A DNA stretch of 64,000 bases from Patescibacteria group bacterium (GCA_028705565.1 JAQWDH010000002.1:40262-104261); one strand, 5' to 3'; shown: positions 1 to 10,711, counted from the stretch's first letter. The notes: generated by a model not told the origin, from the sequence alone. Program-made: numbers and translations.

Positions 1-89
1 TTCACTTTAACAACAATCGTCTTGTTCATCTTATTTGAAACAACTTCGCCTGTAAATTTTTTGTTAATTGTTTTTTTGATGTTTTCCAT
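1..89 (-). CDS. rpsQ: 30S ribosomal protein uS17 (5' part, runs off the window)
   Basis: Manual translation MENIKKTINKKFTGEVVSNKMNKTIVVKV (G-x-VVS-x-KM-x-KT motif); follows rpmC. Confidence 0.93.
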   Translation of the reverse strand, partial: MENIKKTINKKFTGEVVSNKMNKTIVVKV

Positions 90-96
90 ATGCTTA

Positions 97-297
97 TTAT
101 TTGGACTTTTCTTCTTTCTTTAAAATTAAAACCGTGTTGATTTGCGCGATTACTCGTTTAACTTCTTTAATTTTATTCCAAGATTTCAACTGTTTATTTT
201 TGGATTTAAACCTCAAAGAACGCGCCTCTTCTCTATTTTCGGCGAGTATTTTTTTTAATTCTTCCGCGGTTTTATTTTTCAATTCTGTAAAATCCAT
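97..297 (-). CDS. rpmC: 50S ribosomal protein uL29
   Basis: 66 aa, LRF...IK..KR.IAQINT; S10 operon position. Confidence 0.95.
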   Translation of the reverse strand: MDFTELKNKTAEELKKILAENREEARSLRFKSKNKQLKSWNKIKEVKRVIAQINTVLILKKEEKSK

Positions 298-300
298 ATT

Positions 301-714
301 TTAAATTTTCTTCACGAATTTAGTTAAAACGCTGAGTTTGTATCCGGTTAATTTTATCGCTTCTTTCGCGACCGATTCTTCCATGCCGGCGATTTCAAAA
401 ATAACGGTGCCCGGTTTGACAACCGCCACATAATGATCCGGAGACCCTTTGCCTCCGCCCATAGGAACTTCATTTCCTTTTTTTGTGACCGGTCTGTCAG
501 GAAATATTCTTATCCAAACTTTGCCGTTGCGTTTCAAAAAATGCGTTAAAACGCGTCTTGCCGCTTCTATCTGGCGGCTTGAAATCCACCCGTGTTCTTC
601 ACTTTTAATGCCAAATTCACCAAAAACAACCCTATTTGTGCGGGTAGCAACGCCTTTTTGACGTTTACGGCCTTTCTGCCATTTTCTGTGTTGTACTTTC
701 TTTGGTAAAAGCAT
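301..714 (-). CDS. rplP: 50S ribosomal protein uL16
   Basis: QIEAARR, WIRIFPDRPVTKK, MGGGKG motifs. Confidence 0.98.
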   Translation of the reverse strand: MLLPKKVQHRKWQKGRKRQKGVATRTNRVVFGEFGIKSEEHGWISSRQIEAARRVLTHFLKRNGKVWIRIFPDRPVTKKGNEVPMGGGKGSPDHYVAVVKPGTVIFEIAGMEESVAKEAIKLTGYKLSVLTKFVKKI

Positions 715-723
715 AATTATAAA

Positions 724-1404
724 TTATTTTTTGTTGCTCTTTTCGGTTTTTTCAAATTTATCGCGGCGGCTGAAAGTTTCGCCATGATAAATCCAAACTT
801 TTATTCCTATTTTTCCGTAAATCGTCTGCGCTTCGGCGATTGCGTAATCAATGTCGCTGCGAACCGTAATTAAAGGCATCTTGCCGGCGCTAAGCATTTC
901 ACGGCGGGCGATTTCAACTCCGTTCAAACGTCCGGCCATATTTATTTTTACGCCCTTCGCTCCAGCGCTGGTAACTCTTTCAATGATTTGTTTCATCACC
1001 CTTCTGAACGGCATGCGTTTTTCAATATCCATAGCCGCGCTTTGCGCCACAACTTGCGCGGACAAAGCCGGTTGCCTTACTTCCTGAACATTTATTTTTA
1101 CTTTTATTTTAAATTTTAAAATATTTTTTTCAATAAATTTACGCAAATCTTCAAGTCCTTGGCCGCCGCGTCCTATAATCACTCCGGGTTTAGCCGCCAA
1201 AATCGTAACAGTGGCTTCTTTCGGGCCGCGCTCAACACCGATTGAATCAATGCCGGCGTCTTTTAATTTTTTCGTTAAAAAATCACGTATTGCGACTTCT
1301 TCCTGCAAAAAAACAGGCATATCTTTTCTTTTCGCGTACCACTTTGAATCCCAAACGTAAATCTGCGGAATGCGATAAATTTTCGGATGGACTTTATGAC
1401 CCAT
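724..1404 (-). CDS. rpsC: 30S ribosomal protein uS3
   Basis: MGHKVHP, KPGVIIGRGG, GRLNGVEIAR, YGKIGIKVWI. Confidence 0.98.
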   Translation of the reverse strand: MGHKVHPKIYRIPQIYVWDSKWYAKRKDMPVFLQEEVAIRDFLTKKLKDAGIDSIGVERGPKEATVTILAAKPGVIIGRGGQGLEDLRKFIEKNILKFKIKVKINVQEVRQPALSAQVVAQSAAMDIEKRMPFRRVMKQIIERVTSAGAKGVKINMAGRLNGVEIARREMLSAGKMPLITVRSDIDYAIAEAQTIYGKIGIKVWIYHGETFSRRDKFEKTEKSNKK

Positions 1405-1430
1405 ATTAAATTAAAATCAAATGTTTAGAA

Positions 1431-1823
1431 TTATTTCTTTTCTTTAATTTTTTCTTTTTTTTCTTCTTTGCCTTTCTTTTCTTCTTTACTGCCGACTAAA
1501 ACCAAGCTTACGTGGGACGTTCTTTCACGAACAGGCGTGGCGCTGCCGTGCGCCTTTGGCATGGATCTTTTAAGCACCCTGCCTCCGTCAACCATCGCTG
1601 TTTCAACTCTTAAGCTTTCAATCGGCAAAGAATAATTATTCTTGGCGTTGGCAATCGCGGAATTTAAAAGTTTTAAAACAGGTCTGGCGGCTTTTTTATT
1701 CAATAAAGACAATGTATCAATCGCGGTTGTAACTTTGCGTCCGCGTATTAAATCAATAACCAGCCGCACTTTGCGCGGACCCATTCTTAAAAAATTCAAT
1801 TTTGCGGTCACTCTTTGTTCCAT
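1431..1823 (-). CDS. rplV: 50S ribosomal protein uL22
   Basis: PRKVRLVIDLIRG, KLLNSAIANA, RTSHV. Confidence 0.97.
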   Translation of the reverse strand: MEQRVTAKLNFLRMGPRKVRLVIDLIRGRKVTTAIDTLSLLNKKAARPVLKLLNSAIANAKNNYSLPIESLRVETAMVDGGRVLKRSMPKAHGSATPVRERTSHVSLVLVGSKEEKKGKEEKKEKIKEKK

Positions 1824-1834
1824 ATGAAATTAAA

Positions 1835-2170
1835 TTATTTTTTCTTCGCTTCAGCCGCGGCAGGAGCGGCTCCGGCAGTAGCTGTCTTGGCGGTTTCTTG
1901 TTCTTTCGCCATCTTTCCTCCGTGTCTCACAAATTTACGGCTTGGAGAAAACTCACCCAGTTTATGACCAACCATATTTTCATCAACCAAAACGGAAATA
2001 AAATCTTTTCCATTGTGCACCAAAAAAACCATTCCGACCATTTCCGGAGAGATGGCGCAAGCGCGCGACCATGTTTTAATCGGTTCGCGTTTGCCGACCT
2101 CCCTCATTTTTAAAACTTTCTTTAAAAGTCGGGGGTCAACATACATTCCTTTTTTCAAACTTCTTGACAT
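1835..2170 (-). CDS. rpsS: 30S ribosomal protein uS19
   Basis: [30 protein letters not shown]. Confidence 0.98.
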   Translation of the reverse strand: MSRSLKKGMYVDPRLLKKVLKMREVGKREPIKTWSRACAISPEMVGMVFLVHNGKDFISVLVDENMVGHKLGEFSPSRKFVRHGGKMAKEQETAKTATAGAAPAAAEAKKK

Positions 2171-2187
2171 AATTGATTGATTTAAAA

Positions 2188-3039
2188 TTATTTACCTTTT
2201 TTGGATTTACGGCGCGATTTAATAATGAACTTGTTGCTCCACTTGCCCGGCTTTCTTGTTTTTACGCCTCTTGCCGGTTTGCCGTAAACGGTTTGCGGAC
2301 CGCGTTTCTGACCTATCGGGCTGTGCCCTTCTCCGCCTCCGTGCGGGTGGTCAACAGGATTCATATTTTTACCCTTTACTCTCGGTTTTATGCCTCTGTG
2401 GCGCATACGACCGGCTTTTCCCCATCTTATCAAACGGAAATCTGAATTTCCCAAAATACCTACGCTGGCTGAACATTCTTTCGCGATTGACCTGATTTCA
2501 CCGGACGGCAGTTTGATTTGCGCGTATTTGCCTTCAAATCCTACCAACTGCGCCGACATTCCTGCTCCTCGCACCATTTGTCCGCCTTTTTTAGGAGTAA
2601 GTTCTATGTTATGAATAAATAAACCTATCGGAATATATTCCAAAGGCATACGATTGCCCATTTTCGCTTCCATGTTTTTGTCATCCGACATAACTTTATC
2701 ACCGACTTTCAAATTGTCTGGACATAAAATATACGATTTTACCCCGTCTGTGTATTCAATCAAAGCGATTCTCGGCCCTCTGTTCGGGTCGTATTCCACG
2801 GCTTTAACGACAGCTTCAATTCCGTATTTTTGTTGTTTAAAATCAACCAAACGATAATATTTTTTAGCTCCTCCACCCTGATGGCGAACGGTAATCACGC
2901 CTTGATTATTGCGTCCGGATTTTTTCTTTAAAATTTTCACCAACGATTTTTCAGGTTCAAATTTTGTTACATCTGAAAAAGTGTCCGCGCTTGATTTGCG
3001 GCGTCCTGCGCTCGTTGGTTTGTAAACTTTAATCGACAT
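2188..3039 (-). CDS. rplB: 50S ribosomal protein uL2
   Basis: [34 protein letters not shown]. Confidence 0.99.
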   Translation of the reverse strand: MSIKVYKPTSAGRRKSSADTFSDVTKFEPEKSLVKILKKKSGRNNQGVITVRHQGGGAKKYYRLVDFKQQKYGIEAVVKAVEYDPNRGPRIALIEYTDGVKSYILCPDNLKVGDKVMSDDKNMEAKMGNRMPLEYIPIGLFIHNIELTPKKGGQMVRGAGMSAQLVGFEGKYAQIKLPSGEIRSIAKECSASVGILGNSDFRLIRWGKAGRMRHRGIKPRVKGKNMNPVDHPHGGGEGHSPIGQKRGPQTVYGKPARGVKTRKPGKWSNKFIIKSRRKSKKGK

Positions 3040-3054
3040 AAATTATTATTATAA

Positions 3055-3110
3055 TTTGGACTATGTTGGACTGTGTTTGACTTTAAACTATGGACTATAG
3101 ACCGTAAACC
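3055..3110. repeat. Degenerate heptamer tandem repeat (GACTATG/GACTATA type) between rplW and rplB
   Basis: ggactat..ggactgt..tgacttt aaactat ggactat agaccgt aaaccgt periodicity. Confidence 0.6.
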
Positions 3111-3111
3111 G

Positions 3112-3543
3112 TTATACTCCTTCATGGATATTTATCGTCTTTCCTGCGGGCAAAGCGACAATCGCTTTTTTATAATCAGATCTGCGTCCCGGAATTCCGC
3201 GGCTTTTTAAAACGCGTCCGTCAATGTTGACTGTGTTCACACTCTCGGGTACTACTCCGTAAACATCATTCATAGCTTTCTTGATTTGTTTTTTATTCGC
3301 TGAACGGCTTACGACAAAAGTATATTTATTCACGCTCTCGGCTATCGCGGCTTTTTCAGTTACCAAAGGATAAAGCAAAATTTTATAAGCCGCGCTTTGC
3401 AAATTTGTTTTGGTTAATTTGCGCGCGACAGGTTCTTTATCCGCGATTTTTTGCGTACTCTCAACAGCTTCCTTTTTTGACGGAGTTTCATTCTTTTTGC
3501 TTTCTTCTTTCTTCTTTTTTAACAAACGGTCTATTAAACTCAT
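3112..3543 (-). CDS. rplW: 50S ribosomal protein uL23 with charged N-terminal extension
   Basis: PLVTEKA, YTFVV, ANK.QIK, YKKAIV. Confidence 0.96.
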   Translation of the reverse strand: MSLIDRLLKKKKEESKKNETPSKKEAVESTQKIADKEPVARKLTKTNLQSAAYKILLYPLVTEKAAIAESVNKYTFVVSRSANKKQIKKAMNDVYGVVPESVNTVNIDGRVLKSRGIPGRRSDYKKAIVALPAGKTINIHEGV

Positions 3544-3544
3544 A

Positions 3545-4174
3545 TTATTTTCCTAAAATTTCTTCTAATTTAGCCACGCCTTCCTTGTTTATAATTACAA
3601 CCGGTTTTGATAAAATTTCCACGACATTCAAATCTTCGGCTTGCATGGTTTTCGCTTTCGGCAAATTTCTTGTCATTTGCAAAACATTTTCATTTTTTCC
3701 GGCTGTCAAAATTAAAACTCTATCGTCTTTTGCCGGCAATAATTTTAAAAAATTCGCGAAAAGTTTGGTCTTTGGTTCAATAAAATTAAAATCTTCCACC
3801 ACCATAAAACCGTTATTCGCCACTTTGTCAGACAAACACATTTTCAAAGCCAAACGGCGAATTTTTTTGTTTATTTTACCTTTATAATTTCTGGTTGAAA
3901 GAGGACCGAATGCCACGCCGCCGCCTTTCCATATCGGCGACCTGATAGAGCCGTGTCTGGCACGACCTGTGCCTTTTTGTGGCCACGGTTTTTTTCCGCC
4001 TCCGCTAACTTCGCCTTTTCCTTTCGTGTCGGCCCACGGTTGGCGCGCTATATTTCTTAACGCCACAAAAACTTGATGGACAGTATCCTGTTTCACCGGC
4101 ACATTAAAAACCTTATCCGACAAATTAATTTCGCCGGTTTCTTTTCCTTCCAAATTGTAGACTTTTACTTTCAT
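3545..4174 (-). CDS. rplD: 50S ribosomal protein uL4
   Basis: EVSGGGKKPWPQKGTGRARHGSIRSP.WKGGG.AFGP. Confidence 0.98.
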   Translation of the reverse strand: MKVKVYNLEGKETGEINLSDKVFNVPVKQDTVHQVFVALRNIARQPWADTKGKGEVSGGGKKPWPQKGTGRARHGSIRSPIWKGGGVAFGPLSTRNYKGKINKKIRRLALKMCLSDKVANNGFMVVEDFNFIEPKTKLFANFLKLLPAKDDRVLILTAGKNENVLQMTRNLPKAKTMQAEDLNVVEILSKPVVIINKEGVAKLEEILGK

Positions 4175-4177
4175 ACT

Positions 4178-4909
4178 TTAAATGGTTTCTTTTTCTTTTT
4201 TGTCTTCTTCTTTTTTTTCTTCCGGCTTTTCTTCAATTATCAATTCGGATGTCGGTTCGGACACATTTTGTTCAACAGGTTGCGGGGCTGTTTTTATTTT
4301 CAATTCTCCGTCTCCGATGATGACGATCAATCCGTTTCTGCCGCCCGGTACCGCTCCTTTTATATATAACTCGTCGGTTTCAGGATGAATTTCAACAATT
4401 TCCAAATTTTTTACTGTTACTTGATTTCCTCCCATTCTTCCTGCCATGCGCATTCCTTTAAAAACTCTCTGAACGCCACCGGCTCCGATTGAACCAGGCG
4501 CGCGCAAATCATGTTTGTGACCGTGTGAAGCCGGAGCTCCGGCAAAATGATGTCTTTTAACAACGCCTGCAAAACCCTTGCCTTTTGATTCTCCAAACAC
4601 ATTAACCTTGTCTCCAATGGAAAAAGTTTCCACGGTTATTTCGTCTCCGCGTTTTATGTTTCCAACCGATTCAACCGCGAATTCTTTAATCCATTTTGAT
4701 TGTTTTAAATCTTTAAGGTGTCCGGATTGCGGTTTTGGCAAACTGTCTTTTTTTGCTTCTCCCAAACCTATCTGCACGAATTTTTTATTTTCATCGTTCA
4801 CTTGCGTTATCTGGCAAGGTCCGGCTTGCACCCTTGTCACAGGCACAACTAAACCGTCTTCTTTGAAGACCTGCGACATACCAATTTTTTTTGCTAAAAT
4901 AAATTTCAT
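4178..4909 (-). CDS. rplC: 50S ribosomal protein uL3
   Basis: KIGMSQVF, SKGKGFAGVVKRH, KG.RMAGRMG, KGAVPG. Confidence 0.98.
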   Translation of the reverse strand: MKFILAKKIGMSQVFKEDGLVVPVTRVQAGPCQITQVNDENKKFVQIGLGEAKKDSLPKPQSGHLKDLKQSKWIKEFAVESVGNIKRGDEITVETFSIGDKVNVFGESKGKGFAGVVKRHHFAGAPASHGHKHDLRAPGSIGAGGVQRVFKGMRMAGRMGGNQVTVKNLEIVEIHPETDELYIKGAVPGGRNGLIVIIGDGELKIKTAPQPVEQNVSEPTSELIIEEKPEEKKEEDKKEKETI

Positions 4910-4910
4910 A

Positions 4911-5160
4911 TTTGAGAGGGTAATCCAAAACTGTCACCTTTCGTAGTTCGTATATAATATAAAAACTAGAAGCGACAACATTGAACATTTTAAAATTCAA
5001 CCCTGTCGCTTCTAGCCTTCTCAAAAAAAGAACGGCTAAATTTTATCAATCAATTTTAATGTTTTTTCTCCTTCGTTATACGCGTCCTCACATAAATGTT
5101 TTTTGTTTCTTCCCCGCGTTTTGGCGGAAAGCCACAAATCTTATTTAGCCGGACGCAAAT
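4911..5160 (-). promoter_or_regulatory. Structured 5' leader of rplC (candidate ribosomal-protein regulatory RNA)
   Basis: Nested inverted repeats 4911-4920/5016-5025, 4966-4977/5004-5015 and 5033-5041/5143-5151. Confidence 0.55.
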
Positions 5161-5181
5161 AACAATTTGAATAGTATCTAC

Positions 5182-5210
5182 ACACTACTATAAAACGATT
5201 TTTTTGTCAA
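5182..5210 (-). promoter_or_regulatory. Sigma70-type promoter between rpsJ and rplC
   Basis: TTGACA-17 bp-TAGTGT on the minus strand. Confidence 0.6.
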
Positions 5211-5254
5211 TAACCCTAAATTCGCTGATTCGTTTTAACGCGAAACGCGCAATT

Positions 5255-5644
5255 TTACATTTTAATTTCTATATCCACGCCGGTCGGCAAATTCAAACTC
5301 ATTAAAGCGTCAACGCATTTCGGGGTAGGATTCAAAATGTCAATCAAACGTTTGTGCACGCGCATTTCATATTGTTCGCGCGCGTTTTTATGCACGAAAG
5401 TTGAACGATTAACAGTAAATTTGGAAATTTCAGTCGGCAACGGAATAGGTCCGATAACTTTGGCATCGTTGCGTTCAGCAGTATCAATAATCGTTTTGCT
5501 TGCTTGGTCTATTATTTTCGTGTCGTAAGCGCGAATTTTTATTCTGATGCGGTTCACGGTTTCAGCGTTTTTTTGAATCGCCTGCTCCGATGTTTTAGCC
5601 GGTTCCGTTGTTTTTTTAGCAGTTGTAGTTTTTTTAGTAACCAT
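5255..5644 (-). CDS. rpsJ: 30S ribosomal protein uS10 with N-terminal extension
   Basis: [31 protein letters not shown]. Confidence 0.98.
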   Translation of the reverse strand: MVTKKTTTAKKTTEPAKTSEQAIQKNAETVNRIRIKIRAYDTKIIDQASKTIIDTAERNDAKVIGPIPLPTEISKFTVNRSTFVHKNAREQYEMRVHKRLIDILNPTPKCVDALMSLNLPTGVDIEIKM

Positions 5645-5662
5645 AAGAAAGAACTTTCATAG

Positions 5663-5693
5663 GAAAGGGGGCGCTAATAATAACGCCCCCTTC
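5663..5693 (-). terminator. GC-rich hairpin between tuf and rpsJ (terminator or processing stem)
   Basis: GGGGGCG...CGCCCCC stem with only a short U tract. Confidence 0.45.
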
Positions 5694-5699
5694 GCCTAC

Positions 5700-6890
5700 T
5701 TATTTTAATATTTTAATTACGACGCCTGCGCCGACGGTTCTGCCGCCTTCGCGAATGGCGAAGTTCATTTTTTCTTCCAAAGCCACCGGTGTAATCAATT
5801 TGACGTTCAAATTGACAGTGTCTCCTGGCATAACCATTTCCGTGCCGGCGGGCAATTCAACTTCGCCGGTAACATCCGTGGTGCGAATATAAAATTGCGG
5901 TTTATAACCTTTGAAAAACGGTTTGTGGCGTCCACCTTCTTCTTGATTCAAAACATAAACCTGCGCTTCAAAATCAGTATGAGGAGTAACGCTACCCGGC
6001 TTGGCCAATACCATACCGCGTTCAACTTCATCTTTCTTTGTGCCGCGTAAAAGTATACCGGCGTTATCTCCTGCCACGCCCTCTTTCAATGTTTTGTTAA
6101 ACATCTCAATGCCGGTAACCACTGTCTTTTGCGGTTCTTCTTTCAAACCGACTATCTCCGCATCATCGTTCACGTGAACAACGCCTCGGTCAATACGACC
6201 GGTCACGACTGTTCCGCGACCTTCAATGGAAAAGACATCTTCAATCGCCATAAGAAACGGCTTGTCAATGTCGCGTTGCGGATCAGGAATATACTCGTCC
6301 AAAGTTTTGAGCAAATCCAAAACCGGCTTTGACGCTGTTTCATCAGAAGGATTCTGAAGCGCCTGTAAAGCCGAACCGCGGATAATCGGAGTGGTATCTC
6401 CTGGAAATTTATATTTTTTAAGCAAATCGCGCACTTCAGCTTCCACCAAATCAATCAATTCCGGATCTGATACTTGGTCAACTTTATTCAAGAAAACGAT
6501 AATATAAGGCACGCCTACCTGACGAGCGAGCAAAATATGTTCGCGTGTCTGAGGCATCGGACCGTCTGCGGCGGAAACAACCAAAATAGCGCCATCCATC
6601 TGTGCCGCGCCTGTTATCATGTTCTTTACGTAATCGGCATGACCAGGACAATCCACATGCGCGTAGTGCCTCTTTTCAGTTTCATACTCAACGTGAGCGG
6701 TAGAAATGGTGATACCGCGAGATTTTGATTCCGGAGCTTTGTCCAAATCATCAACGCCTTTTTTCTGGGCGGTCATACCGCGGGCGTTCATGACCTGCAG
6801 AATGGCTGCGGTCAAAGTTGTTTTACCGTGGTCAACGTGGCCAATGGTACCAACATTGACATGCGGTTTGTTTCTTGCAAACTCTGCCAT
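5700..6890 (-). CDS. tuf: Elongation factor Tu
   Basis: [35 protein letters not shown]. Confidence 0.99.
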   Translation of the reverse strand: MAEFARNKPHVNVGTIGHVDHGKTTLTAAILQVMNARGMTAQKKGVDDLDKAPESKSRGITISTAHVEYETEKRHYAHVDCPGHADYVKNMITGAAQMDGAILVVSAADGPMPQTREHILLARQVGVPYIIVFLNKVDQVSDPELIDLVEAEVRDLLKKYKFPGDTTPIIRGSALQALQNPSDETASKPVLDLLKTLDEYIPDPQRDIDKPFLMAIEDVFSIEGRGTVVTGRIDRGVVHVNDDAEIVGLKEEPQKTVVTGIEMFNKTLKEGVAGDNAGILLRGTKKDEVERGMVLAKPGSVTPHTDFEAQVYVLNQEEGGRHKPFFKGYKPQFYIRTTDVTGEVELPAGTEMVMPGDTVNLNVKLITPVALEEKMNFAIREGGRTVGAGVVIKILK

Positions 6891-7008
6891 AAACTTATTT
6901 TTTGCGGCACTGCTCCGAGTGGTCGGCGCAGATTTTTAACCAGCCGCTTCTGTTTTTTTTATAAAAAATTATATTTTCGCTTATTTCTTTTTTACGATAA
7001 GCTTCTAC

Positions 7009-7037
7009 ATTATAGCATATATTCAAAATTTTGGCAA
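7009..7037 (-). promoter_or_regulatory. tuf promoter
   Basis: TTGCCA-17 bp-TATAAT with extended TG. Confidence 0.7.
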
Positions 7038-7052
7038 GAGCCGGTAAAAACT

Positions 7053-7514
7053 TTACGCTACCGGCTCCAAATAATACCTGTCCTCTTCTTCGTCCGGAGC
7101 GTCGCTCGGAATATCGGCTAAACTTTCTTCTGTCTCTTCCGGCTGAATTTTTTCAATTTCTTTTTCTTCTTCTATCAAATCTTTTTTAAAATCATTGATA
7201 TCAACATCTCCAAAATTTTCAAAATTTTCGCCGTCTTCTTCGTTCTTTTTTATATGTTCGTCTTTGATTTCAAAACTTTTCGCTTCTTCTTTTTTTTCAT
7301 GTTCCGAACGCCAAACCGATATATCCCTATTTATTTTATTTAACATTTCTTCTTCATTCAAATCGCGTATGGTTTCTTTTTCGTCAAGCAATTTTTCATA
7401 TTCGCCAATGCTCATCATCATAAAAGCGCTGTCCGTATCTTTATCCAAAATCGCGCATCTGTCTCCTGTGCGGCGAATCAATTTCAAAATTTTATTTAAT
7501 TGCGGATCTGTCAT
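7053..7514 (-). CDS. Hypothetical acidic protein inserted between fusA and tuf
   Basis: 153-aa ORF co-oriented with the operon; Phd/YefM-like N-terminal pattern, acidic tail ending EEDRYYLEPVA. Confidence 0.85.
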   Translation of the reverse strand: MTDPQLNKILKLIRRTGDRCAILDKDTDSAFMMMSIGEYEKLLDEKETIRDLNEEEMLNKINRDISVWRSEHEKKEEAKSFEIKDEHIKKNEEDGENFENFGDVDINDFKKDLIEEEKEIEKIQPEETEESLADIPSDAPDEEEDRYYLEPVA

Positions 7515-7546
7515 ATTTTTTTAAAAAATATAAAAATTAGTCGGGT

Positions 7547-9619
7547 TTATTTTTGCTTGCCGGAAATTATATCTTGCGCGATATTGTTCGGCACTTCGGC
7601 GTAATGTCCGAATTCCATCGTTGAACTCGCGCGCCCTTGAGAAATACTGCGCAAAGAAGTGGCATAACCGAACATGCTCGCCAAAGGCACGATGGCTTTC
7701 ACGACTTTCATCTGCGCCCTGTCAAACATTTTCTGTATTTGGCCCCTTTTGGAATTCAAATCGCCGATTACTTCACCCATAAATTGTTCCGGCGTTACGA
7801 CTTCAACTTTCATAATCGGTTCCAAAATCGCCGGACGCGCTTTTTTACAAGCGGCTTGAAAAGCCATTGAACCCGCTATTTTGAAAGCGGCTTCCGAAGA
7901 ATCAACTTCGTGATAAGAACCGTCAAAACAACTTACCTTGATATCAACCACCGGATAACTCGCTTGGATACCGCGAGTAACGGCTTCTTTGACACCCTTT
8001 TCAATGGCCGGCAAATATTCTTTCGGAATAACACCACCTTTGATTTCATCAACGAATTCATAATTGCCGTCTGTTTTCGGTTCCACTCTCAACCAACAAT
8101 GGCCGTATTGTCCGCGACCGCCTGATTGTTTTATGTATTTCCCTTCGGCTTCGGCCATGGCGGTGATTGTTTCTTTATAAGCAACTTGCGGTTTTCCGAC
8201 ATTGGCGTCAACTCCGAATTCTCTCTTCATTCTGTCCACGATTATGTCCAAATGCAATTCTCCCATTCCGGAAATAATGGTCTGTAAAGTTTCTTCATCT
8301 GTGTGAACTTTAAATGTCGGGTCTTCTTCCATAAGTTTTTGCAAAGCCATGCTGATTTTTTCTTGGTCAGCTTTTGTTTTCGGTTCAATGGCAATAGAAA
8401 TAACAGGTTCCGGAAATACTATTTTTTCTAAAATCAACGGATGATTTTCGTCGCACAAAGTATCACCGGTGACAGTGGCTTTAAGACCTATCGCGGCCGC
8501 GATTTCTCCAGCATACACTTCTGCCACATCTTCGCGATGATTCGCGTGCATGCGCACGATGCGGCTTAAACGCTCCTTTGTTCCATTGGAAGAATTAAAA
8601 AGATAACTGCCGGCGGAAATATGGCCCGAGTAAACGCGGAAAAATATAAGACGGCCGACAAACGGATCGGTTGCAACCTTAAAAGCCAAAGCAGAAAAAG
8701 GTTCTTCATCGCTCGGTTTCCGTAATTCCTCAACATCATTGTCCGGATTTATTCCTTTTACAGGCAACAAATCAGTTGGAGCCGGCAAATACCAGGCAGC
8801 TGCGTCCAAAACCAATTGAACACCCATGTTCGCAAGCGCGGAACCGCACAATACCGCAAAAAAATCTCCTTTAATCGTCAAGGCGCGTATTGCTTTTTTT
8901 ATTTCATCAACTGTTAAAATTTCGCCGTTTAAATACCTTGCCATATATCCATCGTCTGCTTCAACAACTTTTTCCATCAATTTTGCCCTGTATTCTTTTA
9001 CCTTGTCTTTCATATCGTCAGGAATTGGAATTTCCACTATTTTTTCTCCGTTCTGGCCTTCAAATTTAAACGCTTTTTCTTCTATTAAATCAATGATGCC
9101 GGAAAATGTTCCTTCCGCGCCGATTGGCAATTGAACGGCGTAAGCGTTTGAAGATAGTCGTTCATTGATTGAATCCAAACTCATATAAAAATCCGCGCCC
9201 ATTTTATCCATTTTATTTACAAAACAAACTCGCGGCACATTGTATTTGTCCGCTTGATGCCAAACCGTTTCAGATTGCGGTTCAACGCCCTGCGAACCGT
9301 CAAACACGGCCACAGCTCCATCCAAAACGCGGAGAGACCTCTCTACTTCCACGGTAAAATCCACGTGCCCCGGAGTATCAATAATGTTTATTCTGCAACC
9401 TTTCCAAAAACAAGTGGTCGCGGCGGAAGTAATGGTGATGCCGCGCTCTTTTTCCTGTTCCATCCAATCCATTTCAGCGGCGCCTTCATGCACTTCGCCG
9501 ATTTTATGTTTTTTTCCTGTATAAAATAAAATACGTTCGGTGGCAGTGGTCTTGCCCGCGTCAATATGCGCCATGATGCCTATGTTACGCGTTTGTTCCA
9601 AAGAATATTCTCGTGACAT
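7547..9619 (-). CDS. fusA: Elongation factor G
   Basis: [36 protein letters not shown]. Confidence 0.99.
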   Translation of the reverse strand: MSREYSLEQTRNIGIMAHIDAGKTTATERILFYTGKKHKIGEVHEGAAEMDWMEQEKERGITITSAATTCFWKGCRINIIDTPGHVDFTVEVERSLRVLDGAVAVFDGSQGVEPQSETVWHQADKYNVPRVCFVNKMDKMGADFYMSLDSINERLSSNAYAVQLPIGAEGTFSGIIDLIEEKAFKFEGQNGEKIVEIPIPDDMKDKVKEYRAKLMEKVVEADDGYMARYLNGEILTVDEIKKAIRALTIKGDFFAVLCGSALANMGVQLVLDAAAWYLPAPTDLLPVKGINPDNDVEELRKPSDEEPFSALAFKVATDPFVGRLIFFRVYSGHISAGSYLFNSSNGTKERLSRIVRMHANHREDVAEVYAGEIAAAIGLKATVTGDTLCDENHPLILEKIVFPEPVISIAIEPKTKADQEKISMALQKLMEEDPTFKVHTDEETLQTIISGMGELHLDIIVDRMKREFGVDANVGKPQVAYKETITAMAEAEGKYIKQSGGRGQYGHCWLRVEPKTDGNYEFVDEIKGGVIPKEYLPAIEKGVKEAVTRGIQASYPVVDIKVSCFDGSYHEVDSSEAAFKIAGSMAFQAACKKARPAILEPIMKVEVVTPEQFMGEVIGDLNSKRGQIQKMFDRAQMKVVKAIVPLASMFGYATSLRSISQGRASSTMEFGHYAEVPNNIAQDIISGKQK

Positions 9620-9644
9620 ACGAAAAAATTTTAAATTTTATCAG

Positions 9645-10121
9645 TTATTTTGAAAACCTCGCGAAATGCGCGAACGCTTTATTCGCGTCGGCCATGCGAT
9701 GCACTTCGTCTCGTTTTTTAACGGCGTCGCCCATACCTTGTGAAGCTTCAAAAAGCACGGTGGCTAATTTTTCGCGCATCGGCTGTCCTTTTTTATTTCT
9801 TGCCGCTTCAACTATCCAACGGAATGTCAAAGCGGTTTGTCTGGCGCTTGAAACAGGCAACGGCACCTGGTAATTTGCGCCTCCGACGCGTCTGGAACGG
9901 ACTTCAACCTGCGGTTGAACATTTTTAACAGCTTCTTCAAAAACTTTTAACGGGTCGCTCTTTGAAATTTGAGCCATTTTTTCAAATGCGTCATATACAA
10001 TACCCTGCGCCACGCTTTTCTTTCCGCCCTTCATAATGAAATTTATAAACTTGGCGAGAGGAACATTGCCGTATTTGATATCTGGCTTTATAATTCTTTT
10101 TTCAACTTTTTTTCCACGCAT
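9645..10121 (-). CDS. rpsG: 30S ribosomal protein uS7 (start set to MRGKK)
   Basis: GKKSVA, EVRSRRVGGANYQVP, HRMADANKAFAHF. Confidence 0.97.
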   Translation of the reverse strand: MRGKKVEKRIIKPDIKYGNVPLAKFINFIMKGGKKSVAQGIVYDAFEKMAQISKSDPLKVFEEAVKNVQPQVEVRSRRVGGANYQVPLPVSSARQTALTFRWIVEAARNKKGQPMREKLATVLFEASQGMGDAVKKRDEVHRMADANKAFAHFARFSK

Positions 10122-10158
10122 AAAATAAATTTTAATTTTGAATTTTTTGATTTTTAAA

Positions 10159-10587
10159 TTATTTTTTTGCGGCTTTTGGCCTCTTTGTGCCATACACGCT
10201 TCGGCCCCTGCGGCGCGTTTCAATTCCTTGCGTATCATAAACGCCGCGCACTATATGATAGCGCACGCCCGGCAAATCTTTCACCCTTCCGCCGCGAATG
10301 AGCACGATGGAGTGTTCCTGCAAATTATGTCCTTCGCCCGGGATATAAGCTATAACTTCAATTCCGTTACTAAGACGAATTTTTGCGACTTTTCGCAAAG
10401 CCGAATTCGGTTTCTTCGGGGTAGTCGTATAAACCTTTACGCACACGCCCCTTTTAAATGAAGCGCCCTTCGGCAATTCATTTTTTTTACGGTGTAAATT
10501 ATCCACCGAAAGCTGTAAAGCCGGCGTTTTGCTTTTGCGAACCTTGTTTGTTCTGCCCTTGCGGACCAATTGGCTTATAGTAGGCAT
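10159..10587 (-). CDS. rpsL: 30S ribosomal protein uS12
   Basis: [33 protein letters not shown]. Confidence 0.99.
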   Translation of the reverse strand: MPTISQLVRKGRTNKVRKSKTPALQLSVDNLHRKKNELPKGASFKRGVCVKVYTTTPKKPNSALRKVAKIRLSNGIEVIAYIPGEGHNLQEHSIVLIRGGRVKDLPGVRYHIVRGVYDTQGIETRRRGRSVYGTKRPKAAKK

Positions 10588-10711
10588 ACTTTAAAATAAT
10601 TTTTAATTCCTGCCAACAGGCAGGTTATAAATTTTAATTTTTAAATTAAGTAAAAAAAATACTGAACGGAAAGCTCAGCCACGAGTTTATATCTGATACG
10701 TTCTAAATAAG

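Noticed and set aside
9645-10238. 197-aa rpsG with a long N-terminal extension
   Set aside because: The extension overlaps rpsL and an AT-rich spacer; the uS7-like sequence starts at ATG 10121
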